This document shows, in pieces, positions 9,964 through 19,125 of a stretch of DNA of 44,457 bases. How positions within the stretch are numbered: position 1 is the stretch's first letter; each line of letters opens with the position of its first letter. Under the pieces are notes generated by a model. That model was given only the letters and a program-made list of their open reading frames with translations, had not been told where the DNA came from and ran no database searches. This DNA comes from Desulfobacterales bacterium (lineage in GTDB: Bacteria; Desulfobacterota; Desulfobacteria; Desulfobacterales; DTYH01). A program made the translations under genes and the position numbers. Location of the stretch: positions 1 through 44,457 of the forward strand of contig DTYH01000082.1 in assembly GCA_012961955.1 (NCBI GenBank). The letters run 5' to 3'.

Positions 9964-11142
9964 TCAACCTATCGCCCTCAGCTGTTCCAGACACTTAGTG
10001 ACTTCTCCAGATTTGGGAGGACATCCCTTGACCTTGAGGGCGTCCTTGTACTCCCTGTTCTTCTCTATAGCGCACTGGCCGAGTAAGACTACGTCTTTGG
10101 CGTCAGCTCTAGGCTCGATATCCTTTCCCGCGCAAATATAAACTTTATCGAACTTCCTCCCTTTTGCATTAAGCGCAAAATTCGCGCACCCGACAAATAG
10201 TGTATAGCCACAACCAGAACAGAGACTGATACCCGGAGCTGGGAAATGGATCCCGGTGATCCCGGCCTCATCTAGTATGTGCTGCGACCATGCCAGGGTC
10301 CACTCCAATGGCTGACGTACATCCTCCAGCCTCTCCCCCAGGATCTCAATATCCTCAAGCCTGACCTCCCTTCCAGACAACTCCCCGTATCTTTTCAGAT
10401 GAGGGACGTCATCTATTGAATACCCTAAGATTTCAGCACCTACCATGTCTACGGCCAGGATGTCCGTTCCGGCAACGATTAGATCAAATCTATGCGGTAC
10501 AGTCAGGGACGACCCTAAAAGGGGTCCCCGTTCAAGTGCGTATATTCCATCAATAATGACCAGGTGATTAGGTATTCTTCTCCCCAGATGGGCAATCATG
10601 TCATCGAGACCCATTTTATGAAACTTTTTCTTAGACTTAAAAGAAAGGCACCCCTTTAGATTCTTCAGGGCCAGGCTTACCACGGACTGATTGTGGGTCT
10701 TTAATACCGGGACATTGATGAAAAAGTCGGTCTCAAACACCTCCTTGCTGACCTCTATTTCGTTTCCTAGGAGTTCTATTTCCTCAAAATTTCCCTCATT
10801 GAAATCGCAGACCCTTGCTCCGAATCTTTCTGCCACAGGCTGGAGACCTGACCATACCATGGCGCGATTTGTATCCAGCTTCAATTCCTTAAGCACGATA
10901 GCTCCTTCGCCAATAGTTATCCTGTCACAACCAAGGTCCTTGAGAATGGAAAGAAGCTCGGTCATCACCTCAGGACTTGTGGTCATCCCATGGGGAGGAA
11001 TCTTTCTTGATCCTGCTGCAACAACGTTCGGTTTGACTAGCACCCTGTCTCCCCTTTTTAAATCCTTAAGGCCCTCACACATCTCAATCGCTTTTCTTAG
11101 TGTTTGCTTTTCTTCCTGGTATTTTACTATTGCCACCTGCAT
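9964..11142 (-). CDS. DUF362 domain protein with a C-terminal Cys-rich domain
   Basis: VLVKPN, TT.PEV, INVPVLKTH..VVSLALKNLKG, IIDGI, D.LAVD, and C-terminal CSGC...C...GQC...GCPP. Confidence 0.85.
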   Translation of the reverse strand: MQVAIVKYQEEKQTLRKAIEMCEGLKDLKRGDRVLVKPNVVAAGSRKIPPHGMTTSPEVMTELLSILKDLGCDRITIGEGAIVLKELKLDTNRAMVWSGLQPVAERFGARVCDFNEGNFEEIELLGNEIEVSKEVFETDFFINVPVLKTHNQSVVSLALKNLKGCLSFKSKKKFHKMGLDDMIAHLGRRIPNHLVIIDGIYALERGPLLGSSLTVPHRFDLIVAGTDILAVDMVGAEILGYSIDDVPHLKRYGELSGREVRLEDIEILGERLEDVRQPLEWTLAWSQHILDEAGITGIHFPAPGISLCSGCGYTLFVGCANFALNAKGRKFDKVYICAGKDIEPRADAKDVVLLGQCAIEKNREYKDALKVKGCPPKSGEVTKCLEQLRAIG

Positions 11143-11365
11143 TGGACTTCTCCTTTCTTAAGATATTGTCTATCTATAAACTCTATTACCCATATCCCAT
11201 CAAGGTTAGAGAATTCGACGAGTATTTCTTAACGACATTTTTTTAACTCCACTTCAATGTCATTGACTTAACCGGATTCTCTCTATCTTTCGTGAAAGTA
11301 ACGCTCAGTTCATCCAGAGGGGTCCTTGCCATTGTAGAACGTTGTTTTACACGCCGCCGGACTAT

Positions 11366-11390
11366 GGCGGGGGATAAACTCCCGCCCTAC
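11366..11390 (-). repeat. GTAG-type REP-like palindrome
   Basis: Minus strand GTAGGGCGGGAG-TTTATC-CCCCGCC: a GTAG tetranucleotide followed by a GC hairpin. Confidence 0.55.
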
Positions 11391-11477
11391 AAATACGGGA
11401 CAAGCAGGGGGGCAAAGAAAAAAATATATGCATACCTTTTCCAGACATATCCCCATACTACAGCGTTACTTTTTGAC

Positions 11478-11579
11478 GCCATGCCCGTGAAGGCGGGCAT
11501 CCAAGATCCCAGCGATATTGAAAACGGACCGGATTCCCGGCCCCGATCGGGGCCGAGGACAAGCTTTCGCGGGAATCAC
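11478..11579. repeat. REP doublet of the ATTCCCGC..GCGGGAAT type with an inserted perfect palindrome
   Basis: ATGCCCG-tgaagg-CGGGCAT-CCA ... GGATTCCCG[..]CTTTCGCGGGAATCAC. It includes the 18-bp palindrome CGGCCCCGATCGGGGCCG at 11538-11555. Confidence 0.7.
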
Positions 11580-11741
11580 ATTATAAGTAACCATCTCATA
11601 TAATTTGGAACGAATTCCAGATAGATAACGATAACATGTCGCTATAGTGCCAAGTCGATGACATTGATTCGACTTCCTGAGCTGCGTTAAACCATTTTCT
11701 AATGAAACAGAATTTATTTAACAGTCCAAATCTACTTCAAT

Positions 11742-11820
11742 AGAATCCAGAATTCAGGAGCCCGAATCCAGAAGAAAATTGAACCAGATCAACCATTCTG
11801 AATTCTGACTTCCAGCCCCT
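11742..11820. repeat. Degenerate heptamer tandem repeats in inverted arrangement
   Basis: AGAATCC AGAATTC AGGAGCC CGAATCC AGAA, then ATTCTG AATTCTG ACTTCCAG. A related tract lies at 12379-12405. Confidence 0.55.
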
Positions 11821-12024
11821 AGTTTCTTGTTTCACTCACAACTCTCTAGCTAAAAGCGCCGATGACAATCATAGCCGGAAGACCAAGGGTGTGAAACTTA
11901 AGTAACATTTTACCCCTTGGGTATCTAGGACGGTAAGTTACAAAGGGCCAAACGGGTACATTCTCTTCAACAAAGAAGGTGTTGACTCAAAAACCGTTTC
12001 TGTTAAGATACAATCATTCATGAA

Positions 12025-12100
12025 TGATGATTTTGTAAAAAGTCTAATTCTGCTCCCTACGTGAGCAATTTTGGGATTCAGAATGAATCATCCAGCAAAA
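12025..12100 (-). mobile_element. Partial copy of the 19660-19854 MITE
   Basis: TGATGATTTTGTAAAAAGTCTAATTCTGCTCCCTACGTGAGCAAT matches the reverse complement of the right end of the 19660 element. Confidence 0.6.
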
Positions 12101-12146
12101 ACCTCCCGCTTGCTTCGGCTGAGCCCTCGGGATGGTGGCAGGGTCC

Positions 12147-12397
12147 GATTTGCGTGTATGGCAAAGGACCGACAAGCTTGTAGTGAATGTCTATGAGATC
12201 ATCAGCCGGTTCCCCTTCGCATGAACTGTACGGCTTGACTTCCCAACCTCGACGTGCTGCGGTTTCAACTCCTCAAGACGTCGCTGAATGATAGGGATCT
12301 AAAGTGCGCAGATGTTTCTGAACTACTGACTCTGATTGAGGCGGTTGGCAGGGTGCTGGACGGCCATTCCAAGGCCCCTCTGAATTCTGGCTCCTGA
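12147..12397 (+). pseudogene. Four-helix-bundle (23S rRNA IVS protein/bAvd-like) pseudogene
   Basis: Manual translation: DLRVWQRTDKLVVNVYEIISRFP / frameshift / HELYGLTSQPRRAAVSTPQDVAE* / deletion / DVSELLTLIEAVGRVLDGHSKAPLNSGS*. This matches the family pattern DL.VWQ...FP.EE.YGL.SQ.RRAAVS...N.AEG. Confidence 0.8.
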
Positions 12398-12455
12398 ATA
12401 CCTGAGCAGTAACATTCATTCATACGTCATTCTGTTAACCGAAAGAAAGGATATA

Positions 12456-12904
12456 GTAATTTTGTCTCTTGAGACAAGGCCGGCCGGATCAAAAGACAGC
12501 CCACATACTCGATTACGATTCAGGGTAAAAGATACACCGATAAGCATGGTGGGTTCACAATATCTGTAGGGTGGGATTTTACACACGCCGCAATTTTGGT
12601 GGCATATAGAATGCCACCCTAGATTTGGTTCTGGCTTATAAAAGGGTTGCCCGATAACTATATTTACCCCCGTTAGAAGAGCCCAGTGCTGAAGCACGGG
12701 GTTAAGATCAAAATATCATACCTTGTTCATGCACGGAACCCGTAAGAGACCGAAGGTCTTACGGCGCGGGGTTTAATGCCCCCGTACGAAATTCTAACGG
12801 GGTTTACGTCCAATGTGTCCCCACCCAGTGCATCATGTATCCTGTATCGTAACTTCAGCTTGAATCTGATGCAACCGGCTTGTTTTAAAATGCCAAGATG
12901 TTAC
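12456..12904 (-). mobile_element. Non-autonomous repeat element, family A copy 1, carrying a nested family B MITE
   Basis: Its reverse complement aligns by eye with 17957-18351 and 21668-22188. It has imperfect long terminal inverted repeats, and the ends read GTAA(C/T)...(G/A)TTAC. Confidence 0.75.
12667..12802 (-). mobile_element. Family B MITE (CCCCGTTAGAA...TTCTAACGGGG)
   Basis: Terminal inverted repeats flanked by TTTA/TTTA (12663-66 and 12803-06), with the internal hairpin CCCAGTGCT-GA-AGCACGGGG. Confidence 0.8.
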
Positions 12905-12915
12905 GAAAGGATAAA

Positions 12916-13074
12916 ATGAGTAAACCAAAGATATTGATCGAATTCTGGGAATTTTTAAAATACCGCAAGAAATTCTGGCTTGCACCCATTGTGATTATGC
13001 TCGTCCTTCCCTCCGTGCTGATCCTTCTTACCGAAGGTTCCGCCGTTGCACCCTTTGTATATGTCCTTTTTTAG
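12916..13074 (+). CDS. DUF5989 (SxtK-like) small membrane protein, 52 aa
   Basis: Not in the ORF track. MSKPKILIEFWEFLKYRKKFWLAPIVIMLVLPSVLILLTEGSAVAPFVYVLF fits the family pattern (W.FL..RKK.WL.P...GSAVAPF.Y.LF). RBS AAAGGA. Confidence 0.85.
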   Translation: MSKPKILIEFWEFLKYRKKFWLAPIVIMLVLPSVLILLTEGSAVAPFVYVLF

Positions 13075-13102
13075 GAACAGGGTGCTGACTCCACACCGTT
13101 CA

Positions 13103-13150
13103 CCCCGGTAGAAACCCCCGTGCGCCAGCACGGGGATCATAATCAAAGTG
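13103..13150 (-). mobile_element. Partial family B MITE
   Basis: CCCCGGTAGAAACCCCCGTGCGCCAGCACGGGGATCATAATCAAA resembles 12667-12712. Confidence 0.6.
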
Positions 13151-13198
13151 TCGTACGGTTTTTTACCCCGTGATCTGTTACAAAACTACCTTCTTAGG

Positions 13199-13858
13199 TC
13201 ATACATCCTTCTGCGTAATAGTTAGCTCGACCCTTTTAGGGTTGTCACAGTCTTTTAATGTAGAAACCATCGAGAGTACAACCTTCCTGAATATTTCCTT
13301 GACAAAACGGTTCAGAGGAATCTTCTTCTGGTTTACCATTAGGACAACTCCATCTTTCCTTTTCTTTTGTAGAAGATATTTTTTCGCTATAAATTCATAG
13401 ATCTGTTTCGTATTATTAATGTCGAGGAGTGGGACATCAATATCGAGTGGGGCGTCTGTAGCGACAGCAATAAGACCATCCTCCTTTCGGCAGAAAAGGT
13501 GCTCATGCACTCCCTTTCGAAAGACTTCAATCTTTGGGTTTCTTGAGGTTTTGTATCCCTCGCAAATTATTATGTCCACATCCTTTAGAAAAAGGTCGCA
13601 TATTCGATCAAGGTCCATCTCCTCTGATAATGCTCTTACCAGGGCCATCTTCTTGGGAGATGAGATAATAACGTCCGGCACACCCGCCTTTGTAAAACGC
13701 CATGTGTCCTTTCCCTGCTGGTCTATCTCAAACCCGCCAACCGCATGCTTGACGATCCCAACCTTATATCCATTACGTTTAAATTCAAATATCAATCTCT
13801 CAATAAGTGTTGTCTTTCCGGTCTTTGATTTCCCTATGATACATATAATTGGTGGCAT
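13199..13858 (-). CDS. mobB: Molybdopterin-guanine dinucleotide biosynthesis protein B
   Basis: IIGKSKTGKTTLIERL, VKHA, D.QGKDTWRF.KAG, EGYK....PKIEV. The start is placed at MPPIICII after the RBS GGAGAGG. Confidence 0.92.
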   Translation of the reverse strand: MPPIICIIGKSKTGKTTLIERLIFEFKRNGYKVGIVKHAVGGFEIDQQGKDTWRFTKAGVPDVIISSPKKMALVRALSEEMDLDRICDLFLKDVDIIICEGYKTSRNPKIEVFRKGVHEHLFCRKEDGLIAVATDAPLDIDVPLLDINNTKQIYEFIAKKYLLQKKRKDGVVLMVNQKKIPLNRFVKEIFRKVVLSMVSTLKDCDNPKRVELTITQKDV

Positions 13859-14487
13859 GATAACCAATACCTCTCCCTCTTATCCGGTTCGTTTTACGTC
13901 ATGTCTTAGTGGTCATATCAATAGTTTTTTAACCAGCAGGAGACAGATTAAGACTCTCAAACTCGTCGTTCCGTCGGACGACGGGTCCGATCCGCATGAC
14001 TCGGGAACGCGTGTAGACCCCCAATGTTACGATCAAATAAATAACTCTAGAAAATTTATTCATCAGGAGGGATTTATACAATATATTGATGAAATTATCA
14101 AAGAGAAAATTCGCAAAATCTTTCCGTTAATGCTTGTTTTGGCAGGTTTATGGTGCGTCTTGCCCAAAAGACTATTCTGATGATAGGCCATTCCGTGACG
14201 TCATATCCTATTACCTCATAGACTAGAGAGTGGACATCTTAACCGTCCGTACAGGTGCTGAGGGTCTCAATATCTGTTCAGGACAGAGAATGCGTGTGGT
14301 GTTGCTGGATCTGAGGGTGCCAGACTGTGAATGGGTGGCTTTATATCCACCATCCTATCATACAACGATCGAAAAAAGATCGATTTTTCCGTTACCCTCG
14401 ACTCTCAAGAAATCCGAGTAGTCGTACGGTTCTTAAGATAGAGGCTGAAGTAGCCGGGTGGATCATATCCGTGGGGAATACAGCCAA

Positions 14488-15757
14488 ATGGATAGAACAA
14501 GGTTAGAGGACCAGCTCATCCTTACCTTTTTGGGTTTGCTATTGATCATCATGTTAGCGGTCGGGGTGGTCCACCGAATAACAAACGACTTTTATATCGC
14601 CCACGCGATTTCCATTGCCCTGGCCATGGGCAAGGGATTATTTCCAGAAGTATATTTTCTAGTTCCATGGTAAAAAGACTGAAGAGTCTCAGCAATGTCG
14701 CTAGTGAAATCAGTCGGGGTAAGCTTACAACGGACATACCTATTCTGTCTAAGGACAACGTCCGCGATCTTGAAGAGGTTTTCCAGGTGATGGTAAGCCA
14801 TCTCAGGCCCATGATATTCGAGATGAAGAGAGGTCTCCCTCCATGTCCAGAAGACCAATACGCACCGTAGGGAACTCCTAAAAAACGTACTGGCAAATAG
14901 CCAAGAAATAGACAAATCAGCACTGGCTATTCCCAAAGGCTCAGAGGATCAAACCATTATTGTCTATTGTCCAAGAGACTTCTCTGGCGCTTGAGAACGG
15001 ACTAAGGGAACTCCACGAAATGGTCAGTCATCTGGGTTTCCAAGATCAATGAGGCGCGGCACAGGACGGAAATACGGGAAGCCAGTCCCTCTAAAACCCT
15101 GAAGCACCTCGACGGGACGTTTAAACAGATGTCTGAGTACTCGCAACCCATATATACCCTGACCAATGGGGTGGAAAAGATTAAACTGGTTTATAGACGT
15201 CATGAATGAAATCACACAGAAGACCGATCTCCTTTCCCTCAATGCCTCCATTAAGGCAACAAGGCAGGTAACGCAGGGAAGGGTTTCGCCCTTGTGGCCA
15301 ACGAAATAAGAAGCATGGCAGAAAATTCTAAAGAATCATCGCACGAGATAAGAAAGATAGTGGAAGGCATCTTCCAAGATAATGAGGCAGTTATAGACTC
15401 GTTATCGAATAGTCAGGTTGACATCAATAAGGGTCCTGAAATCATAAATAGCACAGTTGATACGTTTCGCGAGATGCTGTCCGGTGTCAAGGAAATCTTC
15501 AGGGATGGAGAAGGTAACAGGCAAACAGAAGAAACAGATGGCCTATATTTTAGACCAATTTGAGTAGCTTGCCCAGCTCGCCCATGAAAATTTTGTCTCC
15601 ATCCAAAAGACTGGAAGAGGATATAAAGAGAACCGTGGATGGGATGAGCGGCCTGAACACACTTTCGGAAAGGATGATGGCGAGTCAACATCGCTTCAGG
15701 CTCCGTGAAGGCCAACCGTGGAATGGTTTACGTTTAACGCAGGAGATAGAGTGTTAG
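14488..15757 (+). pseudogene. Methyl-accepting chemotaxis protein pseudogene
   Basis: Fragments lie in several frames: TM segments (14488-14673), a HAMP domain (RLKSLSNVASEISRGKLT...DLEEVFQVMVSHLR) and the signalling hairpin (EITQKTDLLSLNASIKA / GKGFALVANEIRSMAENSKES..EI). Confidence 0.85.
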
Positions 15758-15960
15758 TATTACTAATAGTGGCTCTTAACATCTACCTGGTGGTGAATGA
15801 TTTCAGAATAACACCTGTCGCACTTGTACCGTCCTGTCATATCGGATTGATATACTACCATGGGGAGGTGTTTGATGTTATCCATGTTGGAGGCTTGCCG
15901 AGCGACAAGAAAAGGGGGTTCGGTACCGGTCTCGTCCGGGCATCTTATCATCCTTTTTAA
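15718..15960 (+). pseudogene. Truncated CheW-like remnant
   Basis: MEWFTFNAG...ITPVALVPSCHIGLIYYHGEVFDVIHV resembles the CheW N-half (ITPVP..P..I.G.IN.RG.V..VID). It follows the MCP remnant. Confidence 0.6.
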
Positions 15961-16002
15961 AATAGTCACACGGAAGCTAGGCCCTGACCCCTCCTTTCAC
16001 AC

Positions 16003-16131
16003 GGCGTTTAATGCGCCGTATGAAGTTCTAATGGGGTTTACGTGTAATGTTTTCCTGGGCGGCGAATCCTGTATCCTGTATCGTAACTTCAGCTTGATTC
16101 TGATGCAACGGTCTGTTTCAAAATGCTAGAT
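16003..16131 (-). mobile_element. Truncated family A element including the end of the nested family B MITE
   Basis: TTTAATGCGCCGTATGAAGTTCTAATGGGG-TTTA...TATCCTGTATCGTAACTTCAGCTTGATTCTGATGCAAC is nearly identical to 12772-12895. Confidence 0.75.
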
Positions 16132-16243
16132 GGATACCATAAAAGATATTGACATGTGGTTTCAAGATGTAGTACCCAAACAGGGAGGGATCTTTTAGTT
16201 TCTCGCTTTCATCTAGGTAAAGGAATAACATATATACAAAAGG

Positions 16244-16306
16244 ATGATCAGATACTGTTGGTGGTGTACTTCAACTCAGGTGTGCACATCGCTTAGTCAT
16301 CGCTAA
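16244..16306 (+). CDS. trpL: Trp leader peptide (20 aa, MIRYCWWCTSTQVCTSLSHR)
   Basis: Tandem TGG TGG at 16259-16264, followed by an intrinsic terminator and lying upstream of trpB2. WWCTS resembles the WWRTS of enteric TrpL. Confidence 0.75.
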   Translation: MIRYCWWCTSTQVCTSLSHR

Positions 16307-16368
16307 GTAATTTTTTGAAGATCGCAAGTACCACGTGGGCCAGTTCTGAGCCCATATGTTTTTCCTGG

Positions 16369-16401
16369 GGCCGTGGGCTGTTAAACCCACGGCCTTTCTT
16401 T
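16369..16401 (+). terminator. Attenuator terminator upstream of trpB2
   Basis: GGCCGTGGG-ctgttaaa-CCCACGGCC (9-bp perfect stem) followed by TTTCTTT. Confidence 0.8.
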
Positions 16402-16577
16402 AGAAGCCGAGTTTCTCTAACCATTCACAGGAATTATTCCGCCACGTAATATAGGAATTTTCTGAATTATGGGCCTTCTTTACGGATTCTGGAGCTATTT
16501 AAGATCCCAATTTAGCACGTTCACTCAGTTAAGGGGCTGAACGGGGTAAACTTTAATCGATTTAGGAGGGAACGCTT

Positions 16578-17942
16578 ATGACACAGGTAAAAGTATTTTT
16601 AAGGGATGACGAGATTCCAACTAAATGGTATAACATTCTACCTGACATGCCCACGCCGATGAAGCCGCCCCTTCATCCCGGGACGGGGAAGCCGATAGAC
16701 CCGGAGGACTTAGCCCCTGTATTTCCCGTGAATCTTATAGAGCAGGAAGTGAGCAGTGACCGGTGGATTGACATACCCGAGGAGGTTATCGAAAAATATC
16801 TTATTTGGCGACCCACTCCGCTTTATCGTGCTCTCGCTCTAGAGAGGATACTCGATGCACCTGTTAAGATCTTCTTCAAACATGAGGGTGTAAGCCCGCC
16901 CGGATCTCATAAGCCGAATACCGCTATACCACAGGCCTATTATAATAAGGTCTTTGGGATAAAACGGCTTACAACCGAGACTGGTGCGGGTCAATGGGGA
17001 TGCGCTTTAAGCTTTGCGTGTATGATGTTTGGCCTAGAGTGCAAGGTGTATATGGTAAGGATTAGTTATCAACAGAAACCTTATCGCCGCTTGATGATGA
17101 TGACTTGGGGAGCTAATTGCATTCCAAGCCCTAGCGAGCAGACTGAAGCCGGTCGTAAGATACTGGCAAAGCATCCAGATTCGCCGGGAAGCCTGGGAAT
17201 TGCCATTAGCGAGGCCATCGAGGACGCAGTAGTCGACGAAAGTGCGCGATACTCTCTCGGGAGTGTACTCAATCATGTACTTCTTCACCAAACAATTGTT
17301 GGCCTGGAAGCTCAAAAGCAGATGGAAAAGCTTGGTCTTTATCCCGACGTCGTGATGGGCTGTGCGGGTGGAGGTAGTAATTTTGCTGGGTTGGCCCTAC
17401 CATTTGTCCGTGATAAGATAAATGGCAAGGATATTTCCATTGTAGCCTGCGAACCTGCATCCTGTCCTACCTTGACTCGTGGTCCCTATGCCTACGACTT
17501 TGGTGACACTAACCAGACAACACCGCTACTCCCTATGTACACCCTGGGACACGACTTTGTACCAGCACCAATACACGCTGGTGGACTGAGGTATCACGGG
17601 ATGGCCCCTATTATTAGTCACCTGGTCAAGGAGAATATAATAGAACCACGAGCATATCATCAGATAAAGACGTTCAAGGCCGGTGTGCAATGGGCACAAA
17701 CAGAGGGCTTTATCCCTGCCCCTGAGACCAATCATGTGATTGCCGCCGTGATCGATGAGGCCAATCGTGCAAAAGAGGAAGGTAAAGAAAAGGTTATCCT
17801 GTTTAACTGGAGCGGGCATGGAATCATGGACCTGGCTGCCTACGATGCCTATCTGTCAGGCAAACTAACAGATTATGAACTCTCTGATGAGGAGATTCAA
17901 AAGGGTCTGAAGGCCATCGAAGGATTCCCGAAGCCATGCTGA
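16578..17942 (+). CDS. trpB2: Tryptophan synthase beta chain, TrpB2 type (stand-alone)
   Basis: [23 protein letters not shown] (PLP Lys), [55 protein letters not shown]. No trpA nearby. Confidence 0.95.
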   Translation: MTQVKVFLRDDEIPTKWYNILPDMPTPMKPPLHPGTGKPIDPEDLAPVFPVNLIEQEVSSDRWIDIPEEVIEKYLIWRPTPLYRALALERILDAPVKIFFKHEGVSPPGSHKPNTAIPQAYYNKVFGIKRLTTETGAGQWGCALSFACMMFGLECKVYMVRISYQQKPYRRLMMMTWGANCIPSPSEQTEAGRKILAKHPDSPGSLGIAISEAIEDAVVDESARYSLGSVLNHVLLHQTIVGLEAQKQMEKLGLYPDVVMGCAGGGSNFAGLALPFVRDKINGKDISIVACEPASCPTLTRGPYAYDFGDTNQTTPLLPMYTLGHDFVPAPIHAGGLRYHGMAPIISHLVKENIIEPRAYHQIKTFKAGVQWAQTEGFIPAPETNHVIAAVIDEANRAKEEGKEKVILFNWSGHGIMDLAAYDAYLSGKLTDYELSDEEIQKGLKAIEGFPKPC

Positions 17943-17956
17943 TGTCTCAGTTATTC

Positions 17957-18351
17957 GTAACGCTTTTAGCATCTTGAAACAAACCGGTTGCATCAGACGC
18001 AAGCTGAGGTTGCGATACAGGATGCAAGATGCAGGATATACGACCCAGTCGGCGGGAAAAGATTGCAGATAAATATAGTTTCCGCGCAACACTTTTGTAC
18101 GCAAAACCAAATGTGGGGGGCACTTTATATGCCACGGAAATTGCGGTGGTTCTAAAATCTCACCCTGCAAATATCGTCAACTCATGAAGGTTATGGCTAC
18201 TGCTCTATATCGGGTTTCCCACGTGGCCTAAAATTATAACAGTTTTCCCTAATACTACTATGTAATCTCGTATCTTGCATCCTTGTATGGTATGTTCAGT
18301 ACTCGGGTTGTCTTTTGATCCCGGTGGACTTGTTTGAAGAGGTTAAATTAC
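17957..18351 (+). mobile_element. Family A element, copy 2 (empty site, no nested MITE)
   Basis: Colinear with copies 1 and 3, but has a single TAAA (18070-73) where they carry family B. Confidence 0.75.
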
Positions 18352-18378
18352 TACACTTATTGTGTTTTGGGATTGCTT

Positions 18379-18654
18379 ATGAAGATCTGTGATGAATTAT
18401 ACGACCAACTGGAGACACGATGTCCCAAGCTGGGCAGTCAGGTTCGATTTTATTACTGTCGCAGGGAGGATGACGATCTTCCCTGCCAAAGGATATTCTC
18501 CTGCTGGGAGTGGCGCTTCCCTGTAAGAGAGTTTATAAAAACCAAATTAAGCAAGGAGGATTGGAAGCGCCATTTTAACAAGCCTCCCAAGGATAGGCTG
18601 ACCACGCTCCTCGAACTGGTAGAAGAGGCCAAAAGGAGAAGAACGAAAAGCTAA
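18379..18654 (+). CDS. Small Cys-rich hypothetical protein (probable metal binding)
   Basis: RCPKLG..V.F.YCR.E...LPC.RI..CW, then KDRLTTLLELVEEAK. The ATG at 18379 lies outside the repeat element. Confidence 0.7.
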   Translation: MKICDELYDQLETRCPKLGSQVRFYYCRREDDDLPCQRIFSCWEWRFPVREFIKTKLSKEDWKRHFNKPPKDRLTTLLELVEEAKRRRTKS

Positions 18655-19082
18655 CAGCAGATTCTCAACATGATCATGATCAGGATCGGGACAAGCTGAT
18701 TTCAGTAAGGCCCCAGCGTGACCACTCTGAAGGGCCACGGTGAGGTTTTTGGGGAACCTATCCGCACGAAGTTCACTCTGTTAAACAGGGTTCATAAATG
18801 TTCGGTCATCCCATACGGTTTCTAAGTGGATTATGAGTCTCAAGCCGGCGTCACTATATTTTCGCATCAGGTTGTTGGAAATTTCCCATAGCCAGTATGA
18901 ACGGCACAAACATATAACGCTACTCTGTATAGCTAAAGGCTCGGGGTGTGCCTCGCAAATATTTTCGTAGCTGCTCAAAATTAACAGGCCCTGTTCTTGG
19001 GTCTGCCCTCACGCAAAAAAAACATATTGGCGGCTGCTTTTCCCGGGTAATGTATGACGTTTACGGAATAACCGAATGTTTA

Positions 19083-19125
19083 GCCCGTTAGAAAACCCCC
19101 GTGCGGAAGCACCGGGCTATAAGGC
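19083..19125 (-). mobile_element. Partial family B MITE
   Basis: TTTA-GCCCGTTAGAAAACCCCCGTGCGGAAGCACCGGG. Confidence 0.55.

Noticed and set aside
11292-11603. 103-aa ORF, and ORFs 12416-12697, 17865-18170 and 21875-22090
   Set aside because: They are translations of REP/MITE sequence.
11900-12020. Possible remnant of an ABC substrate-binding protein C-terminus (YKGPNGYILFNKEG)
   Set aside because: It is too short to support without a search.
12147-12397. Diversity-generating retroelement suggested by the Avd-like gene
   Set aside because: There is no reverse transcriptase and no TR/VR pair with adenine-specific mismatches, and the gene is broken.
13419-14180. 253-aa plus-strand ORF and other long shadow ORFs (for example 9245-9805, 6983-7513, 4192-4635)
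   Set aside because: They are antisense to well-supported genes and have no recognisable motifs.
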